DNA of 64,000 nt from Endomicrobium sp. Lineage in GTDB: Bacteria; Elusimicrobiota; Endomicrobiia; Endomicrobiales; Endomicrobiaceae. Below, in pieces: positions 11,434-20,992 of the stretch; within the stretch, counting starts at the first letter, position 1, and every line of letters begins with the position of its first letter. The notes under the pieces were generated by a model. That model saw nothing but the letters and a program-made list of their open reading frames with translations, ran no database searches and had not been told where the DNA came from. The translations under genes were made by a program, and so were the position numbers. The stretch is from the NCBI GenBank assembly GCA_031262585.1, contig JAISHK010000005.1, positions 9,917 through 73,916 of the forward strand. Reading direction: 5' to 3'.

Positions 11434-12417
11434 ATGAAAGTATCAGAATTAGAAAAATTGTGCAAGCTTGTACTGGACGAAAAAACTGCCACGGCGTTTT
11501 ATGGTCGTTTTACCGCAGAGCCTTTAGAACGTGGATATGGTCAAACGATAGGCAATTCGTTGAGAAGAATTCTTCTTTCAAGTCTTGAAGGTGCTGCTAT
11601 AATTTCTACTAAAATTACCGGGGCATTACACGAATTTGCAGTTTTGAAAGGAATAAAAGAAGATGTAGTTCAAATTGTTTTGAATTTAAAAAAAATAAGG
11701 GTAAAATTGCATTCTGATGGTCCAGAGAAACTTTATTTAAAGGTTAAAAATAGTGGTAAAATAACTGCAAAAGATATTGATATTAATATTAATGTTAAAA
11801 TTTTAAATCCAGAACAAGAAATTGCTAATTTGGACAATGGAGCAACTCTTGAAATGGAAATGGAGGTATCAAAAGGTAAGGGATATGTTATTGCTGAAGA
11901 AATGAAGTCTAATAAGCATCCGGTTGGCACGATTTTTTTAGATTCATTATTTTCGCCTGTAACAAAGGTTAATTATGAAGTAGAAAATACACGTGTAGAA
12001 CAAGATCTTAATTATGATAAGCTTATATTGGAAATATGGACCGATGGATCAATTTATCCTAAAGATGCCTTAATGAATTCTGCAAAAATATTGAGAAATA
12101 GTCTTTTGATTTTTACTGAAGATCCTACTGGTATTAAAGATATTTTTACAGAAAATTTCGATGCAAATATATCTAATCAGGAAGAAGAGAACGATATTTT
12201 TAAACAGTCTATAAATGTTATGAATATTTCAACACGGGTTTCAAATAGTTTAAAAAATGCTGGAATTGAAACTATTGGACAACTAGTTAAGAAAAAGGAA
12301 GAAGAAGTAATGAATTTTACGAATTTTGGACAACGTTCGTTTAAAGAAATTAAGGAAAAACTTGCAAAGTTAAATTTGATGTTTGGAATGGATACTAGTG
12401 GTGGAGCAAAAAAATGA
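11434..12417 (+). CDS. rpoA: RNA polymerase alpha subunit
   Basis: EPLERGYGQTIGNSLRRILLSSLEG, FSPV, alpha-CTD (NFGQRS). Confidence 0.98.
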   Translation: MKVSELEKLCKLVLDEKTATAFYGRFTAEPLERGYGQTIGNSLRRILLSSLEGAAIISTKITGALHEFAVLKGIKEDVVQIVLNLKKIRVKLHSDGPEKLYLKVKNSGKITAKDIDININVKILNPEQEIANLDNGATLEMEMEVSKGKGYVIAEEMKSNKHPVGTIFLDSLFSPVTKVNYEVENTRVEQDLNYDKLILEIWTDGSIYPKDALMNSAKILRNSLLIFTEDPTGIKDIFTENFDANISNQEEENDIFKQSINVMNISTRVSNSLKNAGIETIGQLVKKKEEEVMNFTNFGQRSFKEIKEKLAKLNLMFGMDTSGGAKK

Positions 12418-12767
12418 TAAAAACTTATAATGGTAGCAAGCTTGGAAGAACAAGTTCACATAAAAAAGCGTTGCTTCGTAATCTTGCTATGGATCTATTT
12501 TTTCATGAAAAAATAAAAACGACGTTGCCAAAAGCTAAGGAGCTTGTAAGTTATTGCGAAAAACTTATAACAAGAGCAAAAAAGACTAATTTAAGTGCTA
12601 TAAGAGCTGTAAGTAGTGAAATACATAATAAGGCTGTTGTTAAAAAAGTATGCGATGTTTTGGTTCAAAGATATAAAGAAAGAAAAGGTGGCTATACGCA
12701 AATTATAAGAATTAGCAAGAGACAAGGTGATAGTGCAGATGTCGCTATAGTCAAATTAATTATATAA
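12414..12767 (+). CDS. rplQ: 50S ribosomal protein L17
   Basis: KLGRTSSHKKALLRNL, TTLPKAKE, GGYT, RQGD. Confidence 0.97.
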   Translation: MIKTYNGSKLGRTSSHKKALLRNLAMDLFFHEKIKTTLPKAKELVSYCEKLITRAKKTNLSAIRAVSSEIHNKAVVKKVCDVLVQRYKERKGGYTQIIRISKRQGDSADVAIVKLII

Positions 12768-12891
12768 TTAGTATTAAGTACAACAAAGTTAGTAAAGTTG
12801 TTGGAAGCGTAAGATTAATGCCAATGATGCTCTTCTTATTTTAATCGTTTAGTTTTTGTTTTTCATTTTATATTGTAAAGGAAGCAAGTGA

Positions 12892-13920
12892 ATGTTTAAT
12901 TATATTTTTGGATTATTTTCAAACGATATGGGTATAGATTTGGGAACAGCTTCAGTTTTGGTTTACATTAAGGGAAAGGATATTGTTTTACGGGAACCTT
13001 CTGTTGTGGCTATGGAATGTAATACGAAAAAAGTTTTGGCTATAGGTGTAGAGGCAAAAAAGATGCTTGGAAAAACTCCAGCAAGCATTATTGCAGTAAG
13101 GCCATTAAGAAATGGGGTTATTGCTGATTTTGAAGCAACCGAGAAAATGATTAGATATTTTATAAAAAAAGTTCATAATAAAAAAACACTTCTTCATCCA
13201 AGAGTTGTTATAGGTGTTCCATCAGGTATTACTGAAGTGGAAAGAAGAGCTGTTAGAGAATCTGCCGAGCAAGCTGGCGCTAGAGAAGTTCATCTTATTG
13301 ATGAGCCTATGGCGGCAGCTATAGGTGCAGGCATACCTATTCAAGAACCTGAAGGTAGTATGATTGTTGATATCGGTGGTGGTACTACAGAGGTTGCTAT
13401 TATAGCTCTTGGTGGAATGGTTGTTGCGAAGTCTCTTGATATAGCCGGTGATAAAATGGATGAATCCGTTGTTCAATATTTTAGACGCAAATATAATCTT
13501 AGTGTTGGCGAAAATACTGCAGAATCTGTTAAAATGAGAATAGGCTCGGTTTTTCCTCTTAAAGAGGAGTTGAGAATGGATGTTAAAGGCAGAGATCTAC
13601 TTACAGGTCTTCCTAAAACAGTAGGTATAAGTTCAGAAGAAATTAGAATTGCGTTGGAGGATCCTGTTAAAAAAATAGTAGAGGTTATAAAAGACGTTCT
13701 TGAAGAGACTCCTGCAGAGCTTTCTGCGGATCTTGTAGATCGTGGAATTATTTTAAGTGGCGGTGGTTCTCTTGTGAAAGGCCTTCCAGAATTGTTAGTC
13801 CAGGAGACAGAACTTCCAGTTAATCGTGCTGATGATCCTCTCACTTGCGTAGCAAGAGGTACTGGTGTGTATTTAGAAGAGTTAGATAATATAAAAAAAT
13901 CTAGAAGAAAAGATATATAA
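12892..13920 (+). CDS. mreB: Rod shape-determining actin-like protein MreB
   Basis: [38 protein letters not shown]. Confidence 0.98.
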   Translation: MFNYIFGLFSNDMGIDLGTASVLVYIKGKDIVLREPSVVAMECNTKKVLAIGVEAKKMLGKTPASIIAVRPLRNGVIADFEATEKMIRYFIKKVHNKKTLLHPRVVIGVPSGITEVERRAVRESAEQAGAREVHLIDEPMAAAIGAGIPIQEPEGSMIVDIGGGTTEVAIIALGGMVVAKSLDIAGDKMDESVVQYFRRKYNLSVGENTAESVKMRIGSVFPLKEELRMDVKGRDLLTGLPKTVGISSEEIRIALEDPVKKIVEVIKDVLEETPAELSADLVDRGIILSGGGSLVKGLPELLVQETELPVNRADDPLTCVARGTGVYLEELDNIKKSRRKDI

Positions 13921-13952
13921 TAATATAACTTTTTGTATTGAATTTTTATAAA

Positions 13953-14780
13953 ATGTATCAACGTCAAATAACAAAAGAAAATAGTGTTTTTATAATTCTT
14001 ATCCTGATTGGTTTTTTCTTTGTAATAGGAAAATTTTCTACACCTGTAAATCTTATAAAAAGCTTTATTTACTACATCTCTTATCCCAATTTGAACGCAG
14101 CTAATGATATTTTTTATTGTGTTGATAACTTTGCTAACAATATTAAATCAATAGTTTGTATGCGACAGGAAAATATTTTATATAAACGAAAAAATCAAGA
14201 ACTTATTGATAAACTTCGAAATTATGATGCAATTTCACAGAAATATGAAGAATTATCTAAGCTTTTAAAATTAAAAAAGATAAATAATACTGTATCCGTT
14301 TTTGCAAGAGTATTGGTTAGAGAGTCTGATGAATGGTATCGTTGGCTCATTATAGATAAAGGGTTTAATGATGGTTTATATAATGAACTTCCTGTGGTAA
14401 TGTTTAATAAGAATAAAGATAATTTATGTGCTGTTGGAAGAATAATTGAAACATATAAAAATTCTGCTAAAGTTATTCTTATAACAAATTCTGTTTGCAT
14501 GTTACCTGTAGAAATTAAGGATAAGAATATTAATTGTTTAGCTGAAGGATTTGATTCAAATTTATTAAAAATAACTTATATTCCTGCAGAAGCAGATGTG
14601 AAAAAAGGTGACGAACTTATTGTCAGTGGATTGAGTTCTATATTTCATAAAGGAATGCCTGTAGGAGTTATTAAAAGTATTACTAATGCAATTTCTAGAG
14701 ATTTTAAAACTGCGACAGCTAAAGTTTTTTTTGAAAGTAATATTATCTATAACGCTGTTATTCTTGTTCCTAAAGAGTAG
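13953..14780 (+). CDS. mreC: Rod shape-determining protein MreC
   Basis: N-terminal TM helix, coiled coil, IIDKG, GD.LIVSGL..IFHKGMPVG; position after mreB; start uncertain (13938 or 13953). Confidence 0.88.
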   Translation: MYQRQITKENSVFIILILIGFFFVIGKFSTPVNLIKSFIYYISYPNLNAANDIFYCVDNFANNIKSIVCMRQENILYKRKNQELIDKLRNYDAISQKYEELSKLLKLKKINNTVSVFARVLVRESDEWYRWLIIDKGFNDGLYNELPVVMFNKNKDNLCAVGRIIETYKNSAKVILITNSVCMLPVEIKDKNINCLAEGFDSNLLKITYIPAEADVKKGDELIVSGLSSIFHKGMPVGVIKSITNAISRDFKTATAKVFFESNIIYNAVILVPKE

Positions 14781-14785
14781 GGACT

Positions 14786-15265
14786 GTGAAAAATTTAATT
14801 TATTATATTATTTTTTATATTGTTTTTTGTCTACTTCAATTTTCTTTTAGTAAATATATAAATTTTTTTGGAAAATTTCCTAATTTTATATTGATTTTTA
14901 TTGTATATATTGGTCTTTCCAAAGGTTCGATGTTTGCTCAATTAATGGGATTTTTGTTTGGATTGACTTGGGATGTTTTTTCAACTGATTTTTTTGGTAT
15001 AAGAACTATAATGTTTACCATTATAGGCTATTTTTCAGGTAAGTTGAATAAGAATTTTGATGGAGATAAAATTCTTACACAATATGTTGTAGTGTTTTTG
15101 GCGAGTGTTGTTTATAAGTTAGGTACTAATTTAATTTGTTATGTAATTTTAAGTAATAAGGATTATAACTTTCTTATTCTGGATAGTTCTTTAAAAATTT
15201 TTATAACAGTGCTTATTGCTCCAGTAATTTTTTATATTTTGAATTATGTTAAAAAGGAGATATAA
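14786..15265 (+). CDS. mreD: Rod shape-determining protein MreD
   Basis: Hydrophobic, PNFILI, GFLFGLTWD; position between mreC and mrdA. Confidence 0.88.
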   Translation: MKNLIYYIIFYIVFCLLQFSFSKYINFFGKFPNFILIFIVYIGLSKGSMFAQLMGFLFGLTWDVFSTDFFGIRTIMFTIIGYFSGKLNKNFDGDKILTQYVVVFLASVVYKLGTNLICYVILSNKDYNFLILDSSLKIFITVLIAPVIFYILNYVKKEI

Positions 15266-15266
15266 A

Positions 15267-17030
15267 ATGGTATGGCAAAGAGAAAATAAGTTTGTTTATG
15301 AAGTTTTTACTAAAAAACACAAGATAATTCTTGTGTTTTTTCTATTACTATTTATTTGTCTGTCCATTCGTCTTTTTTATTTGCAGATTTTAAATGGAAA
15401 TGATTATAGAATAGTTTCAGAACAACAAAGAATGCATAATACTTACGAACGTGCTCCTAGAGGAATAATTTATTCTGCAAATAACGAAATACTTGCTGAA
15501 AATAAATCTACTTATGTTGTGTTGTTTCATCCTTACAATAAATGTCAAAGTCCTTCAATCCAAGTGATAAAAGAACTTAGTAAAATTTTGGACAGAGAAA
15601 TAAAACCATATACAGATAAAAGTTTAAAATACGGAAAATATATAAAACTTGCTGATAATCTTACAATTGAAGAATTATTTAAAATCCAAGAAAAGAAGTT
15701 AATGCTGGAAGGGATTTCAGTAACAAAAGTGCCTCGTCGTATTTATCATTTTGCAAAAGAAACCAGTCACATAACAGGATATATAAGTGAGATAAGAGCA
15801 GAGGAATTAGAAGACTTATTAGGACAGGGTTATAAGCTTGGTGATTATATAGGTAGAGGTGGCATTGAACAGTTTTACGATAGTTATCTTAAAGGTATTA
15901 ATGGTGGTTGGCAAATTGAAGTGAATGCGAGAGGATATCAGATGAAGACGTTCAAATATATTGCTCCAAAAACTGGCGATAGTGTTTATTCAACTATAGA
16001 TTTGAATCTGCAAAAGATAGCTTATAATGCACTAAAAGATAGTAGCACAGGTAAAGGTGCAGTCGTAGTCATTGATGTAAAAACTGGTGCGGTAAAAGCT
16101 TTGGTTTCATGTCCGGGATTTAATGCCAATAGAGCAGGTTATAAAGACTTTAGTAGATATTTAAAAAATAAAAAATTACCTCTTTTTAATAGAGCACTTC
16201 AAGCTCTTTATCCTCCAGGATCTATATTCAAAATAGTGATATTTGCTGCTGCAATTGATGTATTAGGTACTGATTCTTTAGAAACAACTCAATGTACTGG
16301 TAGTTTTAAAGTGGGGAATAGACATTATGCTTGTTGGCTTAAATCAGGACATGGACGGTTAAATATTATTTCTGCAATGGCTTTGTCTTGTAATGTTTAT
16401 TTTTATCAGTTAGGTTTAAAACTTGGTATGAAAAATCTTGAAAAATATACAAAAAAATTTTACTTTGGACAAAAAACAAACTTAGATTTGCCTAATGAAA
16501 AAAGTGGTTTTATACCTAGTCCAGAATGGAAAAAATTAAAGTTAAAAATGTCATGGCTCAAAGGAGATACGGCTATATTTGCAATAGGACAAGGCGCTTT
16601 ATCTGTAACCCCTCTTCAAATGGCATATACAATGTCTGTGATTGCAAATAATGGATTTTGTCATAAGCCGTACATTGTTAGTAAAATAGTGAATTTTGAT
16701 GGCATTGAAGTATACAAACACGAATTGAAAGTTGTTAATAAATTAGAATTGGAAGACAAGACGTGGTTGTTGCTTCATAAAGCTCTTTTAGAAACAATTG
16801 AAAATGGTACTGGTAGAAAATGTAAAATAGATGGTATCAAAATTGCGGGTAAAACCGGTACGGCTCAAAATCCTCCCTTAAAAGATCATGCTTGGTTTGT
16901 TTCCTATGCTCCAGCTGATAATCCAGAAATAGCACTAGCTGTAATTGTGGAAAATGGTGGTAGTGGCGGGTTAAATGCTGTGCCAATAGGTAGAAAAATA
17001 TATGAAACATATTTTAATATTAGAAAATAG
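15267..17030 (+). CDS. mrdA: Penicillin-binding protein 2
   Basis: RLFYLQI, APRG, SxxK (SIFK), SxN (SCN), KTGT; start at ATG 15267 after AGGAG. Confidence 0.96.
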   Translation: MVWQRENKFVYEVFTKKHKIILVFFLLLFICLSIRLFYLQILNGNDYRIVSEQQRMHNTYERAPRGIIYSANNEILAENKSTYVVLFHPYNKCQSPSIQVIKELSKILDREIKPYTDKSLKYGKYIKLADNLTIEELFKIQEKKLMLEGISVTKVPRRIYHFAKETSHITGYISEIRAEELEDLLGQGYKLGDYIGRGGIEQFYDSYLKGINGGWQIEVNARGYQMKTFKYIAPKTGDSVYSTIDLNLQKIAYNALKDSSTGKGAVVVIDVKTGAVKALVSCPGFNANRAGYKDFSRYLKNKKLPLFNRALQALYPPGSIFKIVIFAAAIDVLGTDSLETTQCTGSFKVGNRHYACWLKSGHGRLNIISAMALSCNVYFYQLGLKLGMKNLEKYTKKFYFGQKTNLDLPNEKSGFIPSPEWKKLKLKMSWLKGDTAIFAIGQGALSVTPLQMAYTMSVIANNGFCHKPYIVSKIVNFDGIEVYKHELKVVNKLELEDKTWLLLHKALLETIENGTGRKCKIDGIKIAGKTGTAQNPPLKDHAWFVSYAPADNPEIALAVIVENGGSGGLNAVPIGRKIYETYFNIRK

Positions 17031-17040
17031 GAGTAAGTAA

Positions 17041-18387
17041 ATTATAATACAAGGGAAAACTTTTTTTCGGCGTTTTATAGCTAATGTAGATTGGTGGCTT
17101 GTGTTTGCTGTTATCGGTCTAGTAGCTATAAGCTTTAGTGCCATATATTCTGCGGGAATTAATTATGAGAACTCATTTAAATATGTTTCGATGCAAGCTT
17201 TAGCTTTAGGTATAGGATTTGTAGGATTACTACTTCTTGCTAGGTTTAATTATCAATATTATAAATACCTAGACAAATTTATATATATATTATCTTTGTT
17301 ACTTTTAATTTCTGTTTTAATTTTTGGAACTGTTAAGAGAGGTACAAAAGGATGGTTTGATTTTGGTTTTATTTCTTTTCAGCCTGTAGAAATAGCAAAG
17401 ATAATGTTTATTTTGGTATTTGCTTCATTTCTTGATACAAAATCTAAAGAAGTGGAAAAAGTATCTTTTTTATTTTTTTCGTTTGTGATACTTGCTATAC
17501 ATTTAATTCTAATAATGATGCAACCTGATTTTTCTTCTACTCTTTCTTATTTCCCAGTTACTTTAATTCTTCTTTTTATGATATGTGTATCACCTTTTTA
17601 TCTTTTTTGTATAGTTATTTTTGGCGCTCTTGCGATAGGGATACCTCTTTTATCAACGTTTATCAATATGCATCTTAAAATTTCTCCAAGTGGAGCATTT
17701 TTAACAAGTTTAGTATTTTTCTTAAAAATGAATTTAAATTGGTTATATATAATTATTGCAATAATATTTTTAATAATGTGTTTTTGGTGGTTTTTATGGA
17801 AATTGAAAATTAGAATATCAATTATTTATCCTCTCGTTTTGTGCAATGTTATATTTTGGGGATGTATTACTTCAATACCTTTAGAAAAATCTTTAAAAGA
17901 TTATCAAAAAAAAAGATTAGTAGTATTTGTAAATCCTAAAATCGATCCAAAGGGTTCAGGTTATAATATAATACAATCTAAAATAGCTATAGGTTCAGGA
18001 AAATTTATGGGGAAGGGTTTTAAAAAAGGAACGCAAACCCAGCTTGGCTTTTTGCCGGAACGGCATACAGATTTTATTTTTTCCGTTATAGGAGAAGAAG
18101 GTGGTTGGGTTATTGCACAGCTTACGCTTTTTCTATATTTTCTTTTCATATGGAGATGCCTTATAATTGCAAAAGCAGCACGTGACAGATATGGTTCTCT
18201 TGTTGCGATTGGTATTACAACAATGTTTGTTTTTTATGCCGTAATAAATATAGGTATGGTAATGGGTATGATGCCTGTGACCGGAATGCCTTTACTGTTG
18301 CTTTCGTATGGTGGTTCATCAATTTTTTCGTCATTATGTGCTATAGGTATTTTGCTTTCTATACATATTAGAAGACATATATATTAA
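17041..18387 (+). CDS. rodA: Rod shape-determining SEDS protein RodA (start probably ATT 17041; first canonical start GTG 17101)
   Basis: FQPVEIAK, QPD, GYNIIQSKIAIGSG, LPERHTDFIF, SYGGSS; frame open back to 17041. Confidence 0.93.
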   Translation: MIIQGKTFFRRFIANVDWWLVFAVIGLVAISFSAIYSAGINYENSFKYVSMQALALGIGFVGLLLLARFNYQYYKYLDKFIYILSLLLLISVLIFGTVKRGTKGWFDFGFISFQPVEIAKIMFILVFASFLDTKSKEVEKVSFLFFSFVILAIHLILIMMQPDFSSTLSYFPVTLILLFMICVSPFYLFCIVIFGALAIGIPLLSTFINMHLKISPSGAFLTSLVFFLKMNLNWLYIIIAIIFLIMCFWWFLWKLKIRISIIYPLVLCNVIFWGCITSIPLEKSLKDYQKKRLVVFVNPKIDPKGSGYNIIQSKIAIGSGKFMGKGFKKGTQTQLGFLPERHTDFIFSVIGEEGGWVIAQLTLFLYFLFIWRCLIIAKAARDRYGSLVAIGITTMFVFYAVINIGMVMGMMPVTGMPLLLLSYGGSSIFSSLCAIGILLSIHIRRHIY

Positions 18388-18488
18388 TGTTGATAATAGT
18401 TAATTTGTTTTTGTGTAATTTTTTTGTATATGTATAAAATATAAAAGTAATTTTTAAAATCTTGATTTATAATATTATCGTGTATGAT

Positions 18489-18517
18489 TTGCAAAAAAGT
18501 GTTAAAATATATAAAAT
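18489..18517 (+). promoter_or_regulatory. Sigma70-type promoter of the small lipoprotein gene
   Basis: TTGCAA (18489-18494), 17 nt, TAAAAT (18512-18517). Confidence 0.5.
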
Positions 18518-18553
18518 ACTAATGCAGTAGTTAATGTTAAAGGAGGTGTAAAA

Positions 18554-18736
18554 ATGAAGAAATTTGTGACATTTGGTTTAGTAGTGTTCTTTTGTGTTTC
18601 ATTGTTATCTTGTGGAAGTAAAGAGCAAACGACGGAAACTTTTACAAAAGTCGCTAGTACAGAAGAGCAAACTGTTAAAAATGAGTTAGGGACTGAAAAT
18701 TCATCAGAAACCCTGGATCAAGTTGATATTTCTTAA
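18554..18736 (+). CDS. Small orphan lipoprotein (60 aa)
   Basis: AAGGAGGT RBS; MKK, hydrophobic stretch, lipobox LLSC, acidic Thr/Glu-rich tail. Confidence 0.75.
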   Translation: MKKFVTFGLVVFFCVSLLSCGSKEQTTETFTKVASTEEQTVKNELGTENSSETLDQVDIS

Positions 18737-18779
18737 CATGAGTCCAAGGGTAATGAGAACGTCGGATGTAATTATTATA

Positions 18780-18813
18780 TTTGCGTTTACAATTTAATTT
18801 TAGTAAACGCAAA
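18780..18813. terminator. Inverted repeat, probable terminator
   Basis: TTTGCGTTTAC-N12-GTAAACGCAAA about 45 nt after the lipoprotein stop. Confidence 0.45.
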
Positions 18814-18853
18814 AGAAAGGTTGGATATGTATTAAAATAGTTCGAATGTATTT

Positions 18854-19400
18854 ATGAGAAGTAAAGAAAGATGAATTTTTTGGGAAATTATTGAAAGTTA
18901 TGTTGAATTTTCTGAAGTTTTTGATGACATTATTAAAATAATTACGAAAACCGCTGAAAATGACATATATTATAGAGCGTAGAGTTTAAATCTTAAAATC
19001 TTAGATTATTTGTTTCCCATAATGAACTTAGGTGTAGGTTAAACAAGTTTTAGCTTACGTTTTAGGGTGTGGTTTGGTGTTTGTTATTAGTAATCTTAAA
19101 TAAGAAAAATTAAATGTTAAAGAAAATGGATGTTAAAAATTTAAGTTTATGAATCTAGAACTTAAATATATTTTAAATGGGTATTTATTTAGTAAAAGCG
19201 TAGATTTAGTTATTTTTGATATCTTTTTTGTTTCTGCGGATGAATTATGCTCGTTTTTTAATGAGAATTAGATTTTGAATAATCATGTTAGGGTAAATTA
19301 TAATGTTAGATGCATAATAATACTTAAAATAATGTTTTTATAGTTTTAGCGATTATTAAAGTGTCAAGAAGTCAATTATAGTATTTTTTAGATTTTGTGT
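18854..19400 (+). pseudogene. Decayed gene, possibly FtsJ/RlmE-family methyltransferase
   Basis: Interrupted fragments KTAENDIYYRA*SLNLK, IMNLGVG, KSVDLVIFD and KVSRS in FtsJ-like order. Confidence 0.3.
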
Positions 19401-19426
19401 ATGTAGGTTGTACGTAATTGTTGTAA

Positions 19427-20233
19427 TTAATATAAATTGGGAGCAAGAACGACAGAACCTTTGTATTTTGTTTCAATAAATTTTTTTACTTTGTCAGATC
19501 TTAATGTTTTCACTAATATTTTTATTGCTGGATCATTAATCCGTTTAGAATTTGTTGCTATAATATTAACATAGGTAGAGTTTTTTTCTTCACTAAAGAT
19601 TCTTGTTTTTTGTAAATCAATATTTGCTTCTAAAATTTTATTAGACCATGTGCTGTAAGCATCAAATTCTTTTCTTAATCTTGTGATTAAAGATGGATCA
19701 AGTTCAACAATTTGTATTGGTTTTAAATATTTTTCAATATCATTAATGCTTGCCGTAAAAGGTTTTATATCGCTTTTTAATCTAATTAAACCTGCTTTTT
19801 CAAGCATTATTAAAACTCTATATTCGTTTGTACTGTCGTTGTTAATTGCTATTTTTGCATTATCTGGAAGTTCTGATATAGATTTGTATTTTTCGGAGTA
19901 TATTCCCATGGGTTCAATGTGAATGTTACCTGCATTTACTAAATCTAAATGCCTGTCTTTAGTTTGTGTTTTCATATATATAATGTGTTGAAAAAAATTT
20001 GCATCAAGTTCGCCGTCTGACGTTTGTGCATTTACTAAAGTAGGATCTGTTATCGTATAGATTTTTAGTTCAATATTTTGTTTTTTAATATCAGACTGTA
20101 TAAACTCTAAAAGTTCTGTGTGGGGAGTAACATCTGCCGCTATTTTTAAAATAGTTGTTGAATTTTTCGCTATAGTAAAAGAGGCAAATAAAGTAAAAAC
20201 TAACGTTGTTAGCGACAATAATGTCTTTTTCAA
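19427..20233 (-). CDS. metQ: Methionine ABC transporter substrate-binding protein (MetQ/NlpA family)
   Basis: PHTELL, GELDANFFQH, HIEPMGIYS, ND.TNE.R; operon context. Confidence 0.92.
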   Translation of the reverse strand: MKKTLLSLTTLVFTLFASFTIAKNSTTILKIAADVTPHTELLEFIQSDIKKQNIELKIYTITDPTLVNAQTSDGELDANFFQHIIYMKTQTKDRHLDLVNAGNIHIEPMGIYSEKYKSISELPDNAKIAINNDSTNEYRVLIMLEKAGLIRLKSDIKPFTASINDIEKYLKPIQIVELDPSLITRLRKEFDAYSTWSNKILEANIDLQKTRIFSEEKNSTYVNIIATNSKRINDPAIKILVKTLRSDKVKKFIETKYKGSVVLAPNLY

Positions 20234-20302
20234 TTTTGTTTCTCCTGAATTATATTTTTTGAGTTTTAAAAAGAAAATAAAAGATAAGATATTAATCTTA
20301 AT

Positions 20303-20992
20303 TCAGATAAGATGTCTTTTTTTTAGTATTCTTTTTGAAATAAATGTTCCTAAAAGTTGTAAGCATTCTACTAAAACTAATAAGACTAAAATAACTGAGA
20401 TTAATATATCTGTGCGGAATCTGTTATATCCAAACCGTACGGCAACCTCTCCAAGTCCGCCTGCTCCCAAAGAACCTGCGATTGCTGTTGTTGAAATAAG
20501 TGTTATTGTAAGCACTACAAAATTTCTTATTAATGCAGGCAATGATTCAGGAAGTAGTACTTTAAGTATTATGTTTATATTTGATGCTCCCATAGCTTTA
20601 GCTGCTTCAATTTTTCCTTTAGAAACTTCCACGATGCTATTTTCTACAAGTCGTGAAAAGATTGGGGTACATACGACTACTAATGCAACTATACATGCTT
20701 TAGGGCCATAAGATACCCCTACTATAAATTTAGATATTGGAAGCACAAGTATTATAATTATCATAGAAGGAAGAGATAATATGGCATTTATAGCTGCCCC
20801 AAAAATTCTATTAAAAATTACACAAGGATGAAGTCCATCTTTATTTGTAATAAACATTGCGATTCCAAAGATCAAACCTAAAAAAAATGTTAAAATTGTA
20901 GAAGTAACAGTCATATATATTGTTTGTAAAGTAGCAGGAATAATAATATTCCATACATTTTTATTAAAAATTTGCGTACACAGTTCTATCAT
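20303..20992 (-). CDS. metI: Methionine ABC transporter permease
   Basis: EAAKAMGA, LLPESLP, GAGGLG..AVRFGYNRF. Confidence 0.93.
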   Translation of the reverse strand: MIELCTQIFNKNVWNIIIPATLQTIYMTVTSTILTFFLGLIFGIAMFITNKDGLHPCVIFNRIFGAAINAILSLPSMIIIILVLPISKFIVGVSYGPKACIVALVVVCTPIFSRLVENSIVEVSKGKIEAAKAMGASNINIILKVLLPESLPALIRNFVVLTITLISTTAIAGSLGAGGLGEVAVRFGYNRFRTDILISVILVLLVLVECLQLLGTFISKRILKKRHLI

